From: Deltaproteobacteria bacterium
GTDB taxonomy: Bacteria; Myxococcota_A; JAADFL01
Length of the DNA stretch: 64,000 nt
Assembly: GCA_013152945.1 (NCBI GenBank)
Contig: JAADFL010000212.1
Location: 7,064 to 71,063, forward strand
Reading direction: 5' to 3'
Numbering within the stretch: the first letter of the stretch is position 1; the number at the start of each line of letters is the position of its first letter. The position numbers and the translations under genes were made by a program. A model generated the notes under the pieces. The model was not told where the DNA came from. It saw only the letters and a list, made by a program, of their open reading frames with translations, and ran no database searches. This document shows positions 1-7,492 of the stretch, piece by piece.

Positions 1-27
1 ACCTGCTCAAAGGACAGGAGGTGAGTA

Positions 28-558
28 ATGGATCTTCGAGGCAAGAGCGTGGCGATTCTGGTTGACCAGCAGTACCAGGAGATGGAAGTGTGGTATCCCT
101 ATTACAGGTTGATCGAAGAGGGCGCCGAAGTGCATCTGGTGGGGCCCGACGCCGGTGTGACATATCCTTCAAAGCTGGGTTATCCGGCAACCAGCACCCT
201 GTCGGCCGATCAGGCTGCAAGCCGCGATTTCAACGCAGTGATTGTTCCAGGCGGCTGGAGCCCTGATTTCATGAGGCGGGACGAACGCATGATATCACTG
301 ATACAAAGCATGGCCGGCAAGGACATGGTTTTTGCAGCAATCTGTCATGGCGGCTGGATGTTATGTTGCACAAGCATCTTAAAGGGCAGGAAGGTTACAA
401 GCTTTGTTGCGATCAAATATGACATGATAAATGCCGGGGCAACTTGGGTTGATGAGCCTTGTGTCGTGGACGGTAACATCATAACCAGTCGAAAACCGGA
501 CGACCTGCCCCTTTTTGTAAGCGAGATTATCAAGGCAATCTCAAAACAGGTCATTTAA
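28..558 (+). CDS. DJ-1/PfpI family protein (PfpI-type protease / class I glutamine amidotransferase-like)
   Basis: 176-aa ORF. It has the nucleophile-elbow motif AICHGGWML and the usual PfpI layout (VPGGWSPD ... ITSRKPDDLP). An AGGAGG sits about 6 nt upstream of the ATG at 28. Confidence 0.85.
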   Translation: MDLRGKSVAILVDQQYQEMEVWYPYYRLIEEGAEVHLVGPDAGVTYPSKLGYPATSTLSADQAASRDFNAVIVPGGWSPDFMRRDERMISLIQSMAGKDMVFAAICHGGWMLCCTSILKGRKVTSFVAIKYDMINAGATWVDEPCVVDGNIITSRKPDDLPLFVSEIIKAISKQVI

Positions 559-563
559 AGCCG

Positions 564-1805
564 TTAAAGGTGGTTTTTTTTGGCCTTTGTCTTTCCAGGC
601 TTTGCGCCGGCTTTTTTCGAGATTAGGGCTTCTGCGTCCCGAACGATTTCCCGGGCAAGATTGGAGCTTACCTGCACAAGAGATTCCAGCCTCGGGCTGG
701 AGAGGAAATATTTTATATTATTGATTTTTGATTCACCGGTTGTAGGTTTGTTGTTCTTGGATTCGTCGTTAATGTCAGGCTTAATCTTGTAAAGATGCAA
801 CCTCGTGCCGGTTGTTTTCCCATTGTTGAAATTTATATCCAGCACGTCTTGTCCGTTTGCCGGCATATCTGTCATGGCCCCTTGATATTTTCTTGCTCTG
901 AGCCTGAAGAGCTTGGCAACCCAGTTGGTCGCTTCCTCGCTTTCCTCACCGGGACTCTCCTTGAAGGCCCAGTTATTGGACCTGCTGATTTCCTCTTTCT
1001 CTCCTTTCTTCTTTTTTTGCTTTTCCCTTTGGTCAACGGATTTCATCCTGACCAGGGTTTTGCTCTTTGAGCCAACGGCTATTTGCAAGCTTTCCGCATC
1101 CTTCAACTTCGGGCCGAACGGATCTGTTTCCTTGAGTCTCGTGGCAGCCCACTTCAAACTGGATACAATGTCCGAGTCGGCTACGAATACTTCACCGGTA
1201 TCCTCCAGCATGATGTACCTTCCGGCTGTTCCATAGGTCGGTTTACCGACCCTGATCTTGCGCGTCTTGGACTTGAATCGCACCTCCATGTTTCCCGTCG
1301 GCGGATCGAGACCAAGCGAGATCAATTGCTCTGATTCGGGTTTGCCGAGGGCCCGTTTTGCCTTGAGGGACGAAAAGCCGGCCAATAATTCCAATGCCTT
1401 CTTATTGCCCTTGAAGTGACTCGAAATCTTCTTTTCACTTTTCTTTTCAATGTTTTCCTGCTTGCCGGTTGCCTTGGTATTCCTGGACGGGGTTTTTTCA
1501 CCCGGTTTTACTTTTTGTTGCTGATTGTTGACATTTGCCGCCTTGGCGTTTTTTGGTTCGGGCACAGTCTTTGTCACGAAAATATCGGGGAGGCCGTCCT
1601 GCTTTTTCGCCTTGGAGACAACCACGTTGCGATTGCCTTCTTTGTAGCTGATTTCCGTTACGGGTGAGCTTTCTTTCCATACAGCCACTCTGGCCGTATC
1701 TTCAGGACCAACCTCGTTTTGCCCTGCATATTTCCATGAATAATATGTGGCTCCCAAGGCCAGGATGAGCAAGGCCCCATGGATATACGATCCAAGCCAT
1801 CTCAT
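564..1805 (-). CDS. DUF4340-like secreted/membrane-anchored protein, last gene of the ABC/GldG operon
   Basis: I trimmed the 472-aa track ORF to the internal ATG at 1805 (MRWLGSYIHGALLILALGATYY, an N-terminal TM). This ATG forms an ATGA overlap with the stop of the upstream GldG-like gene at 1802. The function call rests mostly on the typical position of DUF4340 proteins after GldG-like genes. Confidence 0.55.
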   Translation of the reverse strand: MRWLGSYIHGALLILALGATYYSWKYAGQNEVGPEDTARVAVWKESSPVTEISYKEGNRNVVVSKAKKQDGLPDIFVTKTVPEPKNAKAANVNNQQQKVKPGEKTPSRNTKATGKQENIEKKSEKKISSHFKGNKKALELLAGFSSLKAKRALGKPESEQLISLGLDPPTGNMEVRFKSKTRKIRVGKPTYGTAGRYIMLEDTGEVFVADSDIVSSLKWAATRLKETDPFGPKLKDAESLQIAVGSKSKTLVRMKSVDQREKQKKKKGEKEEISRSNNWAFKESPGEESEEATNWVAKLFRLRARKYQGAMTDMPANGQDVLDINFNNGKTTGTRLHLYKIKPDINDESKNNKPTTGESKINNIKYFLSSPRLESLVQVSSNLAREIVRDAEALISKKAGAKPGKTKAKKNHL

Positions 1806-3670
1806 GGCTGCACCCCCTTTCTTCTCCTGCCGGAGTAGATCAGGCCCAAGGCAAGTACCAGGGCCGGTACCAGGAAAACCATGCCATAGAACCAGATCAT
1901 GTCGTCTTGTCTTGTATGTTCTATTGGGATGTCCTCCCCTGATTCCACGGCCCCTGTGACACCCTGTATACCTGCGAGCCATCGAATGGAGTCCGAGGCA
2001 AGATAGAGATTGCCCAGGTTGCCGAGGACCTGGTCGGTCAATGCATCACTATCGGAAAAGATCAAGGCACGGAAACCATGCGATTCCTTCTCCTGTCCAG
2101 CCTTTGTTTTCTCGGTTGTCTTCTTTTCTTGGTTGTCTCTCTTCTTCACGGCAGCCATGAGATTTTGTGCGCCCCTTATTTCATCGAGCTTGCCGTCTAG
2201 TTTGAAATTCCTGTTCTTGTCCTTGAATGTGCCTGAAAGGCTGCGCAATGGAAATCTTATCTCAAGATCTGAACGTGGATTATTTATTTTTGTCAGGCTG
2301 CCGGCATTAAGGAGAAATACAGGAAGCCTCCTGGCCTTGTGCAATGTATCGACCGATGGATGGGAAGAGTAACTCACTGTTGCCAGTAATGCCTTGTCAG
2401 CATCGGTGTGGTAACGTCTCAAGTGGACCCTGTCGTTCACCAACAGGTCATTGTCGAACTTGATGCCAAGGTATTTCAATACCTTGGACAAGCCGGCATC
2501 ATAGCCGGGATCGAGGGCAATAAGCAGTCTGCCGCCTTTGCGAACATAAGCCATTATGGATTCCACTTCCTCGGGAAGGAAAGGATGTCTTGGCCCCAGT
2601 ATGAGCAGCATGCTGCAATCACCCGGAATGCTTCCGCCCAGTCCTTCTTTTATGCCCAAAGTCTTCAGCCGGTATCCTGTTACCTCCAGGATTTGCTCGA
2701 TCCCGCGGATGGTCTGTGTGCCCTCTGCTCCCGAGCCGGCCTCCATGTGCCCTACTGTTCTATATGCCTTTTTAATCGGAGAAGTGGCCTTTGTGAATTT
2801 TTCGGCAAACCTGCGATCAAGTTGTCTCAAGATCCGTCTGGCCTTTTTAATGTTATCACCTATGTACAGCTTTTCGTGTCGCTCGCCACTCTCGAGCACC
2901 ATGGTCCCTTCCTTGCGTACAGTCAGTTTCTTGGCTAAATCCGGTTCTAGAAAACGATCGTGCACCTTTACTTGTATCCTCTGATTGGCGGCCTCGATAG
3001 GCTCCAGGTAGGTCTTGACCTGCTCCAGGACTTCGTTGGCCCTTGGAAAGAAGAGGTGTATCTTAAGATTTCCCTCGAGCCTCTTCACCATTCCCAGGGT
3101 CGCACTGCTTGGCGATGCGGTTCGAAAATAACTGTAATCCAACTGGTAATCATGTTCTGTTGCAAGATAGTCAACTGTGAACAGGAATGCAGCCGCTGCC
3201 GCGAGACTTACTCCTCCTGCCACGGCCTGTGACAGCCTGGACTTCTCGAGCCCCGGCGCTCTTCTCATCGGCCTGTAAGCGACTTCCAAAAACAGAAGCG
3301 GCAAGGCTCCGAGCACAAAGACAACCAGCCAGATCCTTGAAAGTATTACACCTGTATCCGTACCTGAATCCAGGCCGAACAATGAAAGAAATTCATCAGT
3401 GGATAGGCCGTAAAGGAAAAGGGAAAACACCACTACCAGTGTTGTGAAAAGCAATTTTCTTTCAGCCTGTTTTTTTTCGGCGTCAGCCTTCAGCAATAGC
3501 ACTATTCTTGCCGCCAGACTGGATAGAACCAGCGCCGTTCCCACGATGTCGAAGGTGACTCTGGCCACACCTGCACCGGCCACCCTCTCGCCGAGGTACA
3601 AAGCTATACCACCCGTGAACAACGCCCAGGTTGGCAATGTGCCGAGCTTGATATCGGTATTCATGACCAC
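1802..3670 (-). CDS. GldG-like ABC-transporter auxiliary component (ABC_transp_aux type) with an extra N-terminal polytopic region
   Basis: 622 aa. About 5 N-terminal TM helices precede a large extracytoplasmic domain with the GldG-like stretch LLILGPRHPFLPEEVESIMAYVRKGGRLLIALDP. There is a C-terminal TM anchor (MIWFYGMVFLVPALVLALGLIY). It overlaps both neighbouring genes. Confidence 0.65.
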   Translation of the reverse strand: MVMNTDIKLGTLPTWALFTGGIALYLGERVAGAGVARVTFDIVGTALVLSSLAARIVLLLKADAEKKQAERKLLFTTLVVVFSLFLYGLSTDEFLSLFGLDSGTDTGVILSRIWLVVFVLGALPLLFLEVAYRPMRRAPGLEKSRLSQAVAGGVSLAAAAAFLFTVDYLATEHDYQLDYSYFRTASPSSATLGMVKRLEGNLKIHLFFPRANEVLEQVKTYLEPIEAANQRIQVKVHDRFLEPDLAKKLTVRKEGTMVLESGERHEKLYIGDNIKKARRILRQLDRRFAEKFTKATSPIKKAYRTVGHMEAGSGAEGTQTIRGIEQILEVTGYRLKTLGIKEGLGGSIPGDCSMLLILGPRHPFLPEEVESIMAYVRKGGRLLIALDPGYDAGLSKVLKYLGIKFDNDLLVNDRVHLRRYHTDADKALLATVSYSSHPSVDTLHKARRLPVFLLNAGSLTKINNPRSDLEIRFPLRSLSGTFKDKNRNFKLDGKLDEIRGAQNLMAAVKKRDNQEKKTTEKTKAGQEKESHGFRALIFSDSDALTDQVLGNLGNLYLASDSIRWLAGIQGVTGAVESGEDIPIEHTRQDDMIWFYGMVFLVPALVLALGLIYSGRRRKGVQP

Positions 3671-4386
3671 CTCCTGGCCGCCAGGACCCTGACAGACAAT
3701 ATGAGGAACAGGTAGGTGATTGAGGCATAGTACACCAGGTCCCTTGTATGCATCACTCCTTCCATGAATGGCCTGAAATGCAGGTTGTGTAGGCTCAGGT
3801 TTTCAAAGACTCCTGCAAGCGGGGGATCCGCTACTGCCGCGAGCAGCCAGCACACCAGCAGAACCACCAGTATGGCTGCGCCCACAACTCCGGAAACGAC
3901 TTGCGACCTTGAAAGAGAAGAGGCGAACAAACCGATGGAAAGCGAGGCGGAGCTCAAGGCAAGTAACCCTATGTACCCTACGGCCATGTGTCCTATGGAG
4001 ACTTTGCCGTGAACGAATATCAGCAATGGCATGTATATGGTCAAAAGAGTAAGCCCGCCGAGGAAGAGAAAAGCAGAAATGAATTTGCTGAAAACTGTCT
4101 CCCAGTCCGAGATTGGCGCGGTCCTAAGCAAGACCATTGTGCCGGTTTGACGCTCTTCTGCAAACAAACGGATAGACAGGAGAAGAGCTGCAATCATGGT
4201 CGTGCCTGAAGAGAAATAGAAGAACTGTTGCAATACCTCTGTGGAAAGCCTGGCGCCTGCTCCAAGCGCGAATGCATTGAAGAGCAATCCGTCTATCAGA
4301 AGAACCGCTGCACCTATGATGTAACCCATTGGATTTCTCAGGTACGTCGACAATTCGTGCAGAACTATGATCCAGACTCTATGCAT
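3661..4386 (-). CDS. ABC-2 type transporter permease (GldF-like)
   Basis: 241 aa with about 6 hydrophobic helices. It overlaps the upstream ATPase gene by 8 nt and the downstream GldG-like gene by 10 nt. Confidence 0.7.
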   Translation of the reverse strand: MHRVWIIVLHELSTYLRNPMGYIIGAAVLLIDGLLFNAFALGAGARLSTEVLQQFFYFSSGTTMIAALLLSIRLFAEERQTGTMVLLRTAPISDWETVFSKFISAFLFLGGLTLLTIYMPLLIFVHGKVSIGHMAVGYIGLLALSSASLSIGLFASSLSRSQVVSGVVGAAILVVLLVCWLLAAVADPPLAGVFENLSLHNLHFRPFMEGVMHTRDLVYYASITYLFLILSVRVLAARRWS

Positions 4387-5329
4387 GTCCTTGTACCTCC
4401 CCTTGCGTGTCCCTTGTAACCTTTAGAAAGACCTCTTCGAGATCATCTCCGGCCTTTGCAAGGCCCAGGAGATCCAGCCCTGCCCCGACAAGGGCCCGGG
4501 CGGCCTCCGCCCTGATGTCTTTTGAAGTCGATACGTTTATATTTATTTGTTGGCCTTGGCCCTGGTCAAACCGGATATCTTCTATTCCATCGAGCTTTGT
4601 CAATGCTTCTTTGGCTTTTTCCATGCTTCCTTTTACCGTTATGTTTATTGCACCGGCACTTGTGAGGCGCGATGCCAGCTCGTCTTCCGTGCCTTCGGCC
4701 ACGACCGCCCCGTCTTTCAGCAATATGAAACGGCTGCATGTCTCGCGAACTTCAGCCAAGTGATGGCTGGAGAGGAGGATGGTACGATCAGATGCGAGTC
4801 TTTGTATGAGGAACCTCATTTCCACTATTTGGACCGGGTCGAGGCCGGAAGTAGGTTCATCCAGAATTACGAGTTTTGGGCCATGCACGATTGCTTGTGC
4901 TATTCCAAGCCTTTTCTTGAAGCCATGGGACAATGTATCAGCCGTTTGTTCCACCACTTGACTCAAACCGGTCTTTTCGACTGCTCCAAGCACTGCGCTT
5001 TTTGCAGATGACCTGCCGAGGCCTCTCAATCTGCCCAGGTAATATAGATATTCCGATACCTTCATTGCTGGATAAATCGGCGGATTTTCAGGCAGGAAAC
5101 CCACCCAAGTTCCCAGGCGCCTCGGTCTTTCGGCCAGGTCCTGGCCGTCGATTTGTATTCTCCCGCCGCTTGGCAAAAGGTCACCCGCCATCATTCGCAG
5201 AACAGTTGTCTTGCCTGCGCCGTTGAGGCCCAGGAAACCTACTGCCTCTCCCTTTCCGATCTTGAAGTTCACACCCATGACCGCAGGCTTGTCTCCATAG
5301 AACTTGGTGAGATCGCTTGCAATTATCAC
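4379..5329 (-). CDS. ABC transporter ATP-binding protein (GldA-like)
   Basis: Walker A GLNGAGKTT, signature LSHGFKKRL, Walker B LVILDEPTSGLD. The track start is the GTG at 5338, which abuts the AGGAGG at 5343-5338. The in-frame GTG at 5329 has an 8-nt spacing and is preferred. Confidence 0.9.
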   Translation of the reverse strand: MIIASDLTKFYGDKPAVMGVNFKIGKGEAVGFLGLNGAGKTTVLRMMAGDLLPSGGRIQIDGQDLAERPRRLGTWVGFLPENPPIYPAMKVSEYLYYLGRLRGLGRSSAKSAVLGAVEKTGLSQVVEQTADTLSHGFKKRLGIAQAIVHGPKLVILDEPTSGLDPVQIVEMRFLIQRLASDRTILLSSHHLAEVRETCSRFILLKDGAVVAEGTEDELASRLTSAGAINITVKGSMEKAKEALTKLDGIEDIRFDQGQGQQININVSTSKDIRAEAARALVGAGLDLLGLAKAGDDLEEVFLKVTRDTQGEVQGHA

Positions 5330-5602
5330 GTTGTTCACCTCCTGAAAATTAAACCATGATATATCCTTGGCGACACGGGTCGCCGACTATTGTTAAACTA
5401 TCGAGGTAAGTAATCTATTCCCTGTAATTGGCCGGTTCAAGAGAAAAGCATGGTGGCATGGTTGAAGTTACGGGTGCTGTCAGTATGCTGAAATCATGAA
5501 CAAAATTAATCCCTGCAACGCAGAAAGAAAGCCACGGCCGTTCATATGTCGGAAAATCCTTGAGACCTGAAAACAAGTGGACCAAAAGCAAAAAGAAGAA
5601 AA

Positions 5603-7294
5603 TCAGATATCGGTATCTTTGTTTTTCTCGGCATGAGGATGTTTTGCAGGAGCCTTACGGCGTGGCAGATGCCTGCCGCCTTTCTTGTGGCTGTGCCTGG
5701 GCCGCTGACTGTTTCCGTTATCTTCCCGGGGTTTTGGTTTTTCCACATGCTCGTCTTTTTGGATTTTGTCCTTGCTATGTGCCGCTTTTGCCGGGGTTCT
5801 GCCCCTCGTGGGACCACGGGCCTCGGAGCCGGTTTCTATGAATTCGATTTCCTGTTGATCCCTTGTCATTCCCGGACCGAACAGGATGACAATCTGTATG
5901 CCGAACTCGCGTTCGAGTTCCAGTAACGCGGATCTTTCCGCGTTCTGAAGATGCTCGGCCAATTCAGGGTGTAGAGTCACTCTTACCTGCGTGAGCCGTC
6001 CCAGTGCAGCCCTTGCCCGAATTTTTCTTAAAAGATCCAGCGCTGCGGAAGATGGTGATCGAATCCACCCGGAACCCCCGCAGGTCGGACAAATCCTGCT
6101 CGTCTGGCTTCTACCCTCTTTTTTCAATCTCTGCCTCGTGAGCTCCAGGACTCCGAATTCAGATATCCTGCCCACCCTGATTCTTGCGCGATCTTTCTTG
6201 AGCACCTCTTTTACCGCCCGCTCTACAGCCTTTCTGTTCTTGAGAGAGGCCATGTCGATGAAGTCCACTGCAATGATTCCGCCCAGATCTCTTAGCCTTA
6301 GCTGGCGGGCCAGCTCTTCGGCAGCCTCCAGGTTGGTTTTGAACGAATTGGCTTGTGGGTCCGAGGAACGAAAAGACTTGCCTGAATTTACGTCCACTGC
6401 CACGAGTGCTTCCGTGGGATCAATCACGAGCGACCCCCCGGATGGAAGTGGAACCTTGCGCTCGTAAAGTGATGACACCTGCTCCTCGATCTGGTACTTC
6501 ACGAATATGGGTGTCTGTTCTTCGTATAGCTTGAGCCTCCTTCTCAGGTTGGGCATCACTTGTCTGCAATAGGCTTCTGCACGTTGAAACGCCTCATCCG
6601 AAGAGATAAAGACCTCTGTGGTCTCGTTGTCAAAGTAGTCCCTCAATGCCCGAAGGACCAAATCACTTTCTCTGTGCAACAGGCCGGGGCTTTTCCTCTT
6701 CTTGGCCCGGGTCCTAATTCCGGACAATAGCTTGCCCAGCCTGTTGATGTCCCTTTGCAGCTTGGCCTTAGTCTGGGTCGCACCTGCTGTTCTCAATATC
6801 ACGGAAACACCGTCGGGAATCTTCAGTGTATCCAGGATCTTTCTCAACCTTTTACGTTCTTCTTCGTCGACCTTTTTTGATATTCCGCCTTCACCGGGCC
6901 CGATCATAAGGACGGTATACCTGCCGGCCAGTGACAGGTTGCTTGTAAGGCTGCATCCCTTGTTGCCCACGGCATCTTTGACAACCTGGACAATGATCGA
7001 CTGCCCGCGATGGAGCAATGCCTTTATGCCGTCTCTCCTGGACTTGCCGGATGGGTAAATCGAGGGGTTGATATCATCGATCGCCAAGAAACCGTCACGT
7101 TCTTCACCGAAATCCACGAATGCAGCGTTCAAGGAATAAATTATGTCCTTTATTACGCCTTTGTAAATATTCCCCCGCAAGCTGGCGGTTGTCTCGCTCT
7201 CTATTTCCAGTTCCACCAGCTTTTGATTTTCGACCACCGCCACCCGCACCTGGTCGCTGCGGGCCGCATCTATGAGCATCTTCTTTTTGGCCAT
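5603..7294 (-). CDS. rng: Ribonuclease G/E family endoribonuclease
   Basis: S1 domain (GNIYKGVIKDIIYSLNAAFVDFG), catalytic DVNSG and AVDFIDM motifs, and the Zn-link CPTCGGSG. A basic, His-rich C-terminal tail of about 70 aa follows the catalytic core. Confidence 0.85.
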   Translation of the reverse strand: MAKKKMLIDAARSDQVRVAVVENQKLVELEIESETTASLRGNIYKGVIKDIIYSLNAAFVDFGEERDGFLAIDDINPSIYPSGKSRRDGIKALLHRGQSIIVQVVKDAVGNKGCSLTSNLSLAGRYTVLMIGPGEGGISKKVDEEERKRLRKILDTLKIPDGVSVILRTAGATQTKAKLQRDINRLGKLLSGIRTRAKKRKSPGLLHRESDLVLRALRDYFDNETTEVFISSDEAFQRAEAYCRQVMPNLRRRLKLYEEQTPIFVKYQIEEQVSSLYERKVPLPSGGSLVIDPTEALVAVDVNSGKSFRSSDPQANSFKTNLEAAEELARQLRLRDLGGIIAVDFIDMASLKNRKAVERAVKEVLKKDRARIRVGRISEFGVLELTRQRLKKEGRSQTSRICPTCGGSGWIRSPSSAALDLLRKIRARAALGRLTQVRVTLHPELAEHLQNAERSALLELEREFGIQIVILFGPGMTRDQQEIEFIETGSEARGPTRGRTPAKAAHSKDKIQKDEHVEKPKPREDNGNSQRPRHSHKKGGRHLPRRKAPAKHPHAEKNKDTDI

Positions 7295-7492
7295 TTTCTT
7301 CTACTTCAATTTTCCCTTGTTAGAATGTTACATCACGGGAACACGTCCCAGGTTATTTTTATCGCCTATTTTGCCGGAATACAAACCATATTTTGGGACA
7401 TCCTTATTTCTCATGACCCGGAACTTTTTCCACCCAGGTCCGTCTGTAGAGATATGAAGCCCGGATCCATCAATCGGGCAGGGAGGTGGAGA

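Noticed and set aside
7010-7492. A 5' extension of the VIT-vWA ORF; the track ORF starts at 7010.
   Set aside because: The extension is antisense to the RNase G gene and crosses the divergent intergenic region. A good SD (GGGAGGTGGA) precedes the in-frame ATG at 7493, where a signal-anchor sequence begins.
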